Assembly: GCA_032718475.1 (NCBI GenBank) | Contig: JAUCBJ010004969.1 | Span: 1-64,000 of the forward strand | Source: Nemertoderma westbladi | Taxonomy: Eukaryota; Animalia; Xenacoelomorpha | Length of the DNA: 64,000 nucleotides | Reading direction: 5' to 3' | In this document: piece by piece, positions 48,505 to 59,987 of the stretch | How positions within the stretch are numbered: position 1 is the stretch's first letter | How the letters are laid out: each line of letters opens with the position of its first letter | Program-made: the position numbers and the translations under genes | The notes under the pieces: model-generated | Databases searched by the model: none | Told to the model about the DNA's origin: nothing | What the model saw: only the letters and a program-made list of their open reading frames with translations

Positions 48505-50552
48505 TCACCGCGTCTCAGACATTGGACATTGGGTATTAAGATACCAAGAGGTTCTGGCCGAAATAGAGGGCAAATAGTACTTCTGCCATATTTCCCAGAA
48601 TTTGTTGGCTAATAATTGAGTGATTTTCCAAGCTTTGTTGCCGTATCTGTCACTATCGACAGGTACCGAAGTGGGCAACAATGTCGTCGGCGCCTGCATA
48701 AGCAGGTGCGCTGGTGTCAAGGCTAACTGTGAGTCATTGTTGTCTGGGATCAAAGCGATGGGTCTGGTGTTCAGAACCGCTTCGATTTCTTTTAACAACG
48801 TCGTCAGTTGGTCGTCTGTCAAGATGCATTGCGTCGGTATTACTTTCGCCATAGCCGTTTTGATTGATCAATTTTCCCAAACTCCGCCTCTCCACGGAAT
48901 GTCAGAAGTGTTAAAGCTCCAGACAATGTTGTGAGGATGTAGTTCATCGGAAATTTGATTTTGGTCCAACCTCCTTAAGGCTCTGGAGATTTCATTCCAT
49001 GCACCCACAAAGTTAGTCCCTTGGTCGCAATAAATGGATCTGACTAATCCACATCTAGCGATAAATCGCTATAAGGCTAGGATAAAGGCGTTGGTGGTTA
49101 AATCTTTCACACATTCAATATGGACAGCTCTGCTGGCCATGCAAGTAAAGATTAATCTCCAGCGTTTTACCTGTACCCTTTCGTGTTTCGCGATTATGGG
49201 TCCAAAACAGTCTATCCCTGTCTCAGTGAAAGGGGGTCTAAAGGCCTGTAACCTTGCTAATGGTAGTTCACTTATCTCTTGGTGTCCTATCCTCGCATGT
49301 ACCTTCTTACAAATAATACAGTTATGTGTCACTGAACTCAATGCCTTACTGGGCCTAATTAGTACAAACCTCGAGCGTAAGTGTGATAGACAGTGGTGTC
49401 TACCTACGTGTTTGAGTCGTACATGTGCGTCCAGTATCATAGTGTGCTGTAACTCATGGTGTTGCGGTATGATGATAGGATACCTAAAGTCTAATGCGAA
49501 GTCAATGTTTTGGAGTCGGGACTTGTGACAAAGTAAACCCCTGTAAATCATTGGACTCCAACTCAAGATCGGTGAAGACTTGATCGGGTTACCCTGATTG
49601 ATCGCTGTGAACTCTCATGCGAAATATCGCAATTGATAATGTTTAATAATATCAACTTCACAACTCCCAATTTCATCCAAGGTAAGTCTTCTAGGAAAGT
49701 TGCGTTTGCCTCTGACATATTGTCTCAAACGTTTGAGCCATGCTAACTTGCGGCACGCGTCCGTCCATGATCTAGTTAGGTTAACTATCCTGTCAACGTA
49801 AGTGTTGGTGATGTCATCAGGTAAGGTATAGTCAAAGTGTGGATACTTGTTCGGACTTGATAGGCCCACGGGCCTTCTGGTGAGTGTCTCCCTTTCTACA
49901 ATAGGTTTGTCTGAGTCCTTAAGTACTTCAATCTCCATGGTCTTACCTTTACCGTCCGCACTCAGTGAATCGACTGGTAGTAATGGTTTCAACTCTACGG
50001 TATCAGTGTGTTCCTGTGGGCTCGTAAGCCTCATAACTTTAGTCACACGTTTAGCCGTAGGCTGTAAGTCAAGTATTTTCCTTGAGCGGAGAGTGATCGC
50101 TGTTGCCACACCGTAATTGTTCAAGGAAGTCAAAATAGGTAAGTTGTTAGTACCTAATGGGTGTGTACTAGTCCGCTCCAATGGTGTCATTTCGGCTTCA
50201 TAGCACACGTCGCTACTTTCCGGTTGATCGTCTAGTGGAAAGTCTGGTAGACAGTCTGGTGATGCATCTGGTGAACAATCCGGCGAAACGTCTGGTAAAA
50301 TCTCCCACGGAACATATGGCGAAAGATTCGTTAGTACATCTGGTCGAGTGTCTGGTGAGATGTCTGGCGTAATGTCTGGTCTAATGTCCAGGTCATTCAA
50401 TTTCGATCGTCCTTGTTTTCTCTTGACCTTGGCGTTGGCTATCGCTTTCGATTTTGAGTGTCAGTGTCAACAGTGTCAATTTTTATCTCGGCACCCTCCG
50501 GTATGGTGTTAGTTGTTGCGTCGAACAACGGTGGCCATTCGTCCGATGGTCG
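48505..50552 (-). mobile_element. pol: Second, more decayed copy of the same BEL family (RNase H end to integrase)
   Basis: Peptides nearly identical to 13900-16050, e.g. CHKSRLQNIDFALDFRYPIIIPQHHELQ and KITQLLANKFWEIWQKYYLPSIS. Several stops and frameshifts. Confidence 0.95.
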
Positions 50553-51160
50553 AATCAATCAAAGAAAGGGGGACAGTATGTGTTCACCCCTTTAAATCTG
50601 CACCCCCCCCCCCCCCCCCCCACCCTTCCCACCCACCCACCAGTACTTTATAACTACCGATGCCTTCAATAGGCGAAGCCAGGTATGGTTTATTGGAATA
50701 TAATCAACGCAGTAGGCAGTACTCGTCTTCATTATTATAAACGTCGTTGTGCTCGTCCTGTTTTGTATTTAAACATATTTCCTAAACGCAGACTGACGAT
50801 CTTTATAACTACTGATGCCTTCAATAGGCGAAGCTGGGTATGGTTAATAGGAATATAGTCTACACAGTACTCGTCTTCATTATATGCCTCGTTGCGCTCG
50901 TCGCTCGTACTGTTTTGCATTAAAATATTTTTCCTAAACCAAGACTGACGATCTTTGTACAGTTATAACTATGCAAAGTTTCGAAACTGTGCGAGTAACT
51001 GCTGATATATCTATGTGGAGATGTGTGATACAATGCCAATGCATCGTATGCTGATGTAGTAATATGGGTATTGAAATAATATTAAATCAATGTACACTCT
51101 TAAAGCTGCAGCGAAAAAATGTAGATAATTTCCTAGGTTAAATATAAAATAATATATTTA
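50553..51160 (+). repeat. Interspersed repeat, copy 2 (see 22581-23230)
   Basis: Direct sequence match; it truncates the BEL copy at 50552. Confidence 0.8.
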
Positions 51161-52194
51161 ATTAAAAATTATAATATAGAAGTTTGGTTCCCCCCATCCT
51201 CAGATCTCAAGCTCTCACACGGCTGGACTTGTTCCTGGTGATCCTTAGTTACTACACCCTTCCTAACATTCCGTTCCACTCACAGTTTGCCAACAAAAAT
51301 TTCCATCTCCCTGAACTGGTTCCTTCCTGGGCCTCGCTATCTTCCTAACTTTGGTCTGCCCTCCGGATTTTGACTTCATCGAACAGACACAAAAACCACA
51401 ATACTCCCCACCACCTAACATATGGGGAGATGGCACCTACCACATTTCCCCCAATGATTCCGTCCTGCCACATCTTCCCTACTCATCTCTCGCACACAAA
51501 ACCCACAATACTCCCCTCCACCCAACATCGACTTGCTACACCTTCCACAATTTTTCCCAAGCCCCCCATCAGATCTACTCCCTGCAACATTAATCCTTAT
51601 CAAGTTAGTTGACCTGTACTTCCTCTTTCTCCTAACCACAGGAATCCAATATGCTCCCTCACAAACAGGCATCTCCACTTTCTCAACCTCACCATAACTC
51701 TTTACACAGTCTGACACCAGAATATCATTCAGATCAGTAGGTTTAACAGTAAGGGTAACTGGGGATGTAACAGTTGGTGTGACAGTCGAAATGTGAGTAT
51801 CAGTAGCGACAGGGGTAGGGATAGCAGTAGAACAGATGGGACAAGAGTCTAGCTTCTTACTGTAAAGCTTAGTGCATTTAGAAAAGCGAGACCAACCTGA
51901 AGATTTCCTAGCAGGCATTGTTAGTATTACCAATAATATGAGATATACAACTGACAAATGAAAAAAAGTAGAATAAAATGAACAAATAAAAACAATAAAA
52001 TAGTAACTATTATAGAAATTATTATTGTAGTTTATACTTATCCATGCAACAATGTTGTCGTTCACAAACAAAAATTAATTTGAAAAGCTGAAAAAGAATT
52101 ATATATGTAAACTTATCAGAAATCAAATATATAACCCAAGGATGCTTATGTATTTCTATTCCACTGTGTAGTGTGTAACTTAATGAAAATTCAA

Positions 52195-52610
52195 ATCGTG
52201 ACATACACACAAGGATTTTTACACATACACATGTGGTACAGAAAGTTACACACAAGATTGAGTATGTTACACACGTAGTACAGTAAATTATGTAAATGGT
52301 ACAGTGAGTTACAAATATGATTGAATAAGTTACACATGTGGTACAATAAGTTACACATGATTGAGAACGTTACACACGTGGTACAATAAGTTATGCATGC
52401 ACATGGTTCAGTAAGTTATACATGTGGTTCAGTAAGATATATACTGTATTTGGTATGGTACATTAAGTTACACAAATGGTAAAGAAAGAAACACACACGG
52501 TTCAGTAAGTTACAAACATGATTGAGTAAGTCACTCACGGTGGTACAGTAAGTTATGTGGTCCAGTAAGCTGCACATGATTGAGTACGTTCCACACACAC
52601 GTGGTTCAGT
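52195..52610 (+). repeat. Degenerate ~20-22-bp minisatellite (AGTAAGTTACACATGTGGTAC-like)
   Basis: Visible tandem units. Confidence 0.75.
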
Positions 52611-53273
52611 GCTCGCGCTTTTAGACCTTTAGCAGTTTAACCTGCTAATTTAAGTGTCTTATGATGTCTGACAGCCCGCACAAAATATGAACGCAGTAGA
52701 AGCCAGCCTAGCGCGGCGTATGACCCATGATGTTTGGGAGACTGGATTATATCAGCGAGAGTGGGATATGCTTGCTACTTTGTATTATTCGATTGTTCTC
52801 TACTATATAATCTATTTTTATTAGGGTGTACGCGGGCTCTGTCTAAAACTATAAACTAGAATGCTATGGTGTACGAAATTTAGTATGTAGACTTACCCCT
52901 TTCAGTGGACTATATATAAGTCCTGTATTTTCTAATATATAGGAAAGATATTCGTGCAGTTATTAGTGTTTATTTCTAGGTAGGGTTCATTTTTGATAAG
53001 AGGCTGGTTTCTATTTGGTTTTATATTATAATATAATAATATATATATAATACATAACTAAAACCATCCATAAATCGAAGCAAGGTTGAACTTGCGTCAA
53101 GCGATTACTACATTAGGCAGTATTAGTGTAACTGTACTATGTAACTGTAAGCTGTAAACTTTACTTAAGGAGAAAACAATTATTTTTATATTTTATAAAC
53201 AATTTAAAGTATTAACATAAAGAGTTTAAACGGAGCAATGGATGGGTGGTGTATAGAAAAAACTCCGTTTCTT

Positions 53274-53312
53274 GCTATATTTCGATCTCCTTACGGATGA
53301 CCGTCTTCAGGC
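53274..53312 (-). ncRNA. Minimal type-I hammerhead ribozyme of Penelope-like pseudo-LTR type
   Basis: Minus strand GC-CUGAAGA-C-GGUC-AUCC-GUAA-GGA-GAUC-GAAA-UAUA-GC: conserved core boxes, paired stem II and a tiny palindromic stem III. Confidence 0.65.
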
Positions 53313-53499
53313 TGTAATTTAATAACCGGTACGATGGCCTACCAGAAATTATAAATTGCACAAATTTGAAAATCCTGCTAAAGGGGAAATTGAAAACATT
53401 ACATGTAGTTAATAGTCTACTGTAGAATTAATGAGCGAAGACAATATGTGTGAAAATTTACGAAAAATGCACCAATGCAATTTAAGTACTGTATGTGTA

Positions 53500-53848
53500 G
53501 TTGTTCTAGTCTACAAGAAATGCGCCAATGTGAAAATAGTTAAAGTAAATTAATTAGGTACAGAATCAGGTGTAAATTTGAAAAAAATAGTTACAGCAAG
53601 TGAAAAAATTAATATGAGAGGTAAATTAAGTATATGTATTTTTGTTGTTCTAATTTACAAAAAATGCACCAATGTGGAAATAGTTAAAGTAAATTAATTA
53701 GGTACAGAATTAGGTGCAAATTTGAAAAAATAGTTACAACAAGTGAAAAAATTAATATGAGAGGTAAATTAAGTATATATATTTTTTGTTGTTCTAATTT
53801 ACAAAAAATGCACCAATGTGGAAATAGTTAAAGTAAATTAATTAGGTC
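53500..53848 (+). repeat. ~144-bp AT-rich tandem repeat (about 2.4 copies)
   Basis: AAATGC(A/G)CCAATGTG.AAATAGTTAAAGTAAATTAATTAGG recurs at ~53518, ~53662 and ~53806. Confidence 0.85.
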
Positions 53849-53854
53849 AAATTA

Positions 53855-54450
53855 ATCAAAACTCCTTCCTATGGAAATCCGACCATGAGACGGCATTCGA
53901 GAGAACTAAACTCGCTCTTCTCTCTCCTCCAATCCTCACTCCCTTCGATGCGAATCACGAAACCAAACTCAAAACCGATGCTTCCTGCAAACCCGGTCTC
54001 AGGTACGCGCTACTTCAGCACCACGATGACAACTGGAGACTGGTCGAGTGCGGATCGCGGTTCATTTCAGAAACTGAGTCGTGTTACGCGATGGTTGAAC
54101 TTGAACATCTAGCCGTCGCCTGGGCCGCACATAAATGTAGACTTTACCTCCTGGGCCTCCCCCATTTTACTGTCATTGTCGACCACCAACCATTGGTGAC
54201 AATCCTGGATCGCTATACGATTGATGCCACCAATAACACACGCCTCCAGCGGCTCAAAGCAAAACTCACTCCTTATTTCTTCACAACAGTTTGGAGGAAA
54301 GGTAAGGAGCACCACATTCCTGACGCCCTATCCCGTGCACCTGTCGATGACCCATCCCCTGACAACCTCATCGATGATGGCGAGATGGCCTACCATCTTA
54401 ATGCGGTCACCATAGCAACTGTTGCTGCCATCATGGAAGACTCAGAACAC
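53855..54450 (+). mobile_element. Gypsy-type RNase H fragment
   Basis: LKTDAS...YAMVELEHLAVAWA...VIVDHQPLVTIL...RLQRLK...PDALSRAP. Confidence 0.85.
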
Positions 54451-55249
54451 TTCGCCCCCCGGGGGCTAAAGGGGCAAGAAAAGGGCCGAAAAAACGGAAA
54501 GATTCTTAGCGGTGGGTAAGAAATGGACGCGGATTGGTCGCGAGTGGGCTAAATGTAGCTTATAACTGATTCCCCGTTGGAGGTTTTGCCGACGTTGACC
54601 CTATCTGGTACACTTTTTGTCGTTTCTCATTAAGCTCAGCTTATAAAACGCGAGTGTAGTTCTTATTAGTTGTTTAGCCTCGGCTCTAGCACCTTGACAT
54701 CTTCTGATTAGTTGTTTGTCCCACCCTCGCGAAAACGAAGTAATAATAAATTAACGTAATTGGAAAGGTTTAAAAAAAATTATGCATATTAAAAAAAATA
54801 TTATTGAAATAAGTACATATTTTGTCATCATTTATTTGTTATTAGAAATAAATTAAAATTGCATATATCCTCCGTTTCTCAGATATCTAATTTCTTAACT
54901 TATCTATATTTGTTATATTTAATAATTCAATTATTGCATACCTTTTTTACGCTATACCAATGGTGTTAAATTACTCGTCGAATGCATAACAGATTAAGAA
55001 AAGTAACAGGGAATCCCCTCATGTTATTATTTATGAGGCGTCCAGCATAGTACAACTCCCTACTCCAATACTACAGCCAATCGGATTGCAGTATTCTTTT
55101 GTACAGGCCTTGTTCAGCTTACTAATGTTGTGATGCCTTGATATGGATGCCTGGCATAAGGGGCCCATTTTATTCAACCAATGGGGATCGAGAATTCCCG
55201 TAGTGTTGTTCCCTGCTTGTAGTATTATCTTTTAGAAACATATACTTTT

Positions 55250-57460
55250 TGTTGTCCCCGTTAAGTGTAAAGCCCCTTCCCTTCCCAAACTCGAACTCAC
55301 TGCATTATCCATTGGCGCAAGACTTTTGGTGTACATTACACAGGTATTTAGTTTCCAATTCATTCCAGCCAATATCTTTTTATGGTCAGATAGTGAAATA
55401 GCTCTACACTGGACAATGAATGGTTGTGTTAATAACGTCTATGTAAAGAATCGTGTGGATGAAATTCACCAACTATGTCCTAATGCAATATTTCGCTATG
55501 TACCAACTAAGGACAATCCGGCAGACATGCTAACTAGAGGTATTACTGCTATCAAATTATTGTCCTCTGAATTTTGGACTTGTGGGCCGGTCTGGTTGAT
55601 GTGCGTTTCTGATTGGCCAATTCAAAAAATTGTTTTCAAGGAAGAAACGGTTGCTATTGATACCACGGTTAGCTCTTTACATACGTTGGATGAAACAGGT
55701 TCTGATGTTGATGACGTCATCAACATATCAGATTATAGTGACTATAATAAACTCTTACGTGTTACTGCATTGGTATTGCGTTTTGTTCGCCGCCTAAAGG
55801 ATAGTGTTACTAATAACAGTCACAAACGTGTATATCCCACAATTGCGCCGGTCGGAGGAGGGAAAGTTCTTTCTAGTCCACTTACAGTAAATGATATCGT
55901 ATTAGCAGAGATATTCCTATTGCGACGCGTACAAAGCAATATATTTAGTAAAGAGAGCAATTATTTACTATCTCTTAATTATTCTAGTACTGAGAAAGGT
56001 AAAATACCTCCGTTAGTGCATCAGTTACGGTTATTCCTAGATGACGACAATATTATACGTTCTAGAGGTCGTATTGAACATTCTAATGTTCCTTGGCAAA
56101 AGGTCGTATTGAACATTCTAATGTTCCTTGGCAAACTAAGTTCCCCGCGATACTTCCAAGCAAACATATTTTCACTGAACTGATTATATTATCCACTCAT
56201 AAGTTTAATTTCCATTGCGGTCTGTCTGACACCATCGTTCAGTTACGCCAGCGTTGGTGGATTCCACAGATAAGACAGAGAGTTCGTTCTATTATTCGTC
56301 CATGTGCGACGTGTAATCGTGTTATTGGTCGACCTTATCCAGTACCGCCACCTCCACCACTTCCTGAGTTTCGGGTTTCAGGTTCCGTTCCATTCGAAAC
56401 TACTGGCTTAGACTACACTGGTCATATATTACTCAGAGATCGCACCAAAGCCTACATAGCTTTGTTTACTTGCACTACTGTTAGAGCTGTACGATTAGAA
56501 GTAGTGCCAGATAATTCTACTGAATCATTCTTGTTCGCATTACGACGTTTTACCGCTCGTTCTGGTTGTCCGTCTCAATTGCTAAGCGACAACCAATCCG
56601 CCTTTATTTCAGCTGATTTAGATCTAAAGACTGTACATTCTATAGCAACTGTTCAAAATTATTTATTATCACGACATATGATTTGGACTTTTATTCCAGT
56701 TGCCTCACCTTGGATGGGAGGATTCTGGGAACGGTTGATCGGTATTGCTAAGATTGTACTAAAGAAAGTGTTAGGTCGAGCTTATATTACTTATCAAGAG
56801 TTGGTTACTGTAGCCTATGAAGTTGAAGCTTACATGAATGACAGACCCCTTACTTACGTCACTGCGGATAGGTACGAGCCCTTACCCCTGACACCTTCCC
56901 AACTCCTATATGGTCGTCGTCTAACTGGGTTACCTTTACCCCTCATCGATAAGGATTTTAATAAAGATCCTTCTTATGGTGAGAGACGATCCCTTACTAA
57001 ACGTCATCAGCGTGTTATCACACTTATTTCTGATTGCTGGTCACATTGGAACCATGAGTATTTAACTTCTTTACGAGAGTTCCATCGATGGAATTCTTCT
57101 GAACCCAAACATATCCCAAAAGTAGGAGATATCGTCCTAGTTGGTTCCCGTAGACCCCGCATGCAATGGCCTCTCGGCAAGGTCATTGAACTCTTTCCTA
57201 GTAAAGACGGATGGATACGTTCTGTATCCGTAAAGACCCAAACTAGACTCTCTAAACGTCCTATCAAACTCTTGTACCCTCTAGAGTGTCCCGTTTCACC
57301 ATTAGTGGATCTATCGGATGTCCCAATTGTCCCACCAATTCGTTCACCGCAAGTTAACACTACAAAACCCCATCGTGTAGCTGCAATACGATCCCGTGAG
57401 AAACTGAAAGAATATTACGAGGATGTTTCGAATAGCGATTCATCAGTCTCAGAGATATAG
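55250..57460 (+). CDS. pol: BEL/Pao Pol 3' fragment from a second, distinct family (RNase H end plus integrase), frameshifted by a 35-bp duplication
   Basis: WSDSEIAL, NPADMLTRG, GLDYTG, LSDNQSAF, SPWMGGFWERLIG, WPLGKVIEL. Duplicated AGGTCGTATTGAACATTCTAATGTTCCTTGGCAAA at ~56066-56135. Confidence 0.93.
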
Positions 57461-57679
57461 ATTTATATTTTCTATGTAAACTATTTTAGTTGATATATTG
57501 TGCTATGTTTCAAAGTTTATTAGTATATGTTTATGCAATTTGAGTTATTTTCTGTATGTGTTATTTTCTTACAATTAGTTTTTGGGGGAATTATTGAGTT
57601 ATTTACTGTATGTGTTAAATTTCTTATGATTAGTTTATTGAGGAAATATTTACTTAGTTTATTCCTTGGCTGGTGGGAA

Positions 57680-58020
57680 TGTACAAAATATTATTTCATT
57701 GTGTATTTTGTTATATAAGAAAGCTTTTGTTTTTGAATCTCGCTCTTCTTTTAAGTTATTTTTAGTATGACGTAAGTAATTATCCGATTACAGTCATTCT
57801 GATATGAAGTGGGTACCGGTTTATGTTATTATTATTCTTTTTAACTTGCTTATGACTACGTTGATTTCTGCTGTGTATGTCTGCCATGGTATCAGTAAAT
57901 AGGCCTAAACATGTATGTATGCTATACCCTTAATTGAATAAATGAATCAGGAAGTATCTTTACTTAACCCCTTATTATAAATCGCTCTCCCAAATGCTAT
58001 CAAACACATACGCGGTAACA
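57680..58020 (+). repeat. Putative 3' LTR of the second BEL family
   Basis: PPT-like GGCTGGTGGGAA then TGT at 57680; AATAAA inside; ends ...ACA (right boundary tentative). Confidence 0.55.
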
Positions 58021-58039
58021 ACAAACCATCGCGTTTATT

Positions 58040-58668
58040 TTAAGTCTGGAAATCGCAACTCCCCTATGTTATTTTGGGACAGCAACTGCTCTATCAGACA
58101 TCTGAAACCTATCTGCCACAATTGCCATAGTGGGAAATTTACATCGTTGTTGTTTTGGTTTAACCACTACAAACGGATTATCGGAATCTTCTTAGTCTGT
58201 GTCCGCTGCAACAGAGTAATCTACACTACTATCTAATTATACTACCTGTGAAGTACTTGGTGCTTCTATTGATCTCTTATCAACATAGTATTTTTCTAAA
58301 TTTAACTTATGTTTTTCTCTTTTTCTAATAATATGACTTTCAGCAGAATCAACAGACCCGATGTACATTTTGCGATCTGCCCTCTGATCCATTAGAAATT
58401 GGTCTTCCTTCTTTGGTATTTTGCGTGAGATTTCACATTTACAGGAAGATTCCGGATTCAAACATTTACAAGAGGAAATATCGAAGATTAGAAGTGATTC
58501 AGTTTGAAAATGTTCCAGTTTTGATTTGTATGATGGTTTATCTTTCCGTTCTTTATATGGCTTTAATAAGTTTCGGTATTTCAGAACATAATCCTTCAGT
58601 AACTGAACAACACGATCAACAGAAACAGTTGGCAGAGAGGCAGTTCTCCAGATGTTAATAACCTCCAA
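58040..58668 (-). pseudogene. hAT-like (hATm-type) DNA transposase N-terminal fragment
   Basis: IWRTASLP...IFDISSCKC...CKC...KIP..E..FLMDQRADRKMYIGSVD, then AIVADRFQMSDRAVA. Confidence 0.55.
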
Positions 58669-58682
58669 TGAAACAAATTTTG

Positions 58683-59024
58683 CTAATCAAATTGTTTCCC
58701 ATACATTTCAAGTTCATCATTTATAGTTTCAATTATACCCTCTATGCTTGTGAATAATCCAGGTTTAAAAGGAATTTCTATCTCATTTTTAAATGTTTCG
58801 ATCTCCGAATCATAATGATACTTTCCTACCCATATGCTACTTTGATTTACTATATTCATATATGTAGCTTGGAATTGGATTTCTTTTAATCCAGCTACCC
58901 ATATTTTTCCAGGGTTTGGAAGTGGAATGGGTTGAGCCAATTCAATAGAAAACTCACTCGGATTATTTGCTGGAAATAAGTCCATAGATGCATTTGAATA
59001 TAAAGTTATATGTTTACTTGCCAT
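58683..59024 (-). pseudogene. Polinton/Maverick minor capsid (penton-like) protein, truncated
   Basis: ITLYSNASMDLFPANNPSEFSIELAQPIPL...WVAGLKEIQF matches the TL.SN.S...FP.N....F...L...W.V.L.EI start of these proteins. Confidence 0.75.
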
Positions 59025-59318
59025 CTCGATCAATTGTATCTATCCACACTCCTCTTTTGTAGCCTTTAAATTTAACCAAGTACTCCAGTTTAGAACCTTT
59101 CTGTCTTTGCTTGATAACTTTTTCAATAGGTAATACATTATTGTCTTGCAATACTAATTGCAATTCTTGTTCATAGAAAGTTCCTCGGATTGTTTCTCCC
59201 TTATAATCCTCTACCTCGTACATAATATATGGTTCTCTATCCATACGCATCTTAGAAATTTTGAAAATTTATTTTGTCCAATTTGGAGTATACCCTTTAT
59301 TGGCGATCGTATCTTTAT
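59014..59318 (-). pseudogene. Polinton/Maverick integrase C-terminus with chromodomain
   Basis: KGYTPNWT...YEVEDYKGETIRGTFYEQELQ...IEKVIKQR...YLVKFKGY...W. Confidence 0.85.
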
Positions 59319-59319
59319 A

Positions 59320-59987
59320 GGCGGAGTAATTCGGGTGGTGTAACACTGCGGAGTAATTCGGGTAGTGTAACACTGCGGAGTAATTCGGGTAGTGTAACAC
59401 TGCGGAGTAATTCGGGTAGTGTAACACTGCCGAGTAATTTGGGAAGTGTAACACTGCGGAGTAATTCGGGTAGTGTAACACTGCGGAGTAATTCGGGTAG
59501 TGTAACACTGCGGAGTAATTCGGGTAGTGTAACACTGCGGACTGCGGAGTAATTCGGGTAGTGTAACACTGCGGAGTAATTCGGGTAATGTAACACTGCG
59601 GAGTAATTCGGGTAGTGTAACACTGCGGAGTAATTGGGGTAGTGTAACTCTGTGGAGTAATTCGGGTAGTGTAACTCTGCGGCGTAATTCGGGTAGTGTA
59701 ACACTGCAGAGTAATTCGGGTAATGTAACACTGCGGAGTAATTCGGGTAGTGTAACACTGCCGAGTAATTCGGGTAGTGTAACACTGTGGAGTAATTCGG
59801 GTAGTGTAACACTGCGGGGTAATTCGGGTAGTGTAACACTGCGGAGTAATTCGGGTAGTGTAACACTGCCGAGTAATTCGGGTAGTGTAACACTGTGGAG
59901 TAATTCGGGTAGTGTAACACTGCGGAGTAATTCGGGTAGTGTAACACTGCGGAGTAATTGGGGTAGTGTAACTCTGCGGCGTAATTA
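59320..59987 (+). repeat. 27-bp minisatellite (GCGGAGTAATTCGGGTAGTGTAACACT)n
   Basis: About 24-25 highly homogeneous tandem copies. Confidence 0.97.

Noticed and set aside
51170-52071. 218-aa minus-strand ORF as a host gene
   Set aside because: No recognisable domain; at best a decayed LINE ORF1 start, too weak to call.
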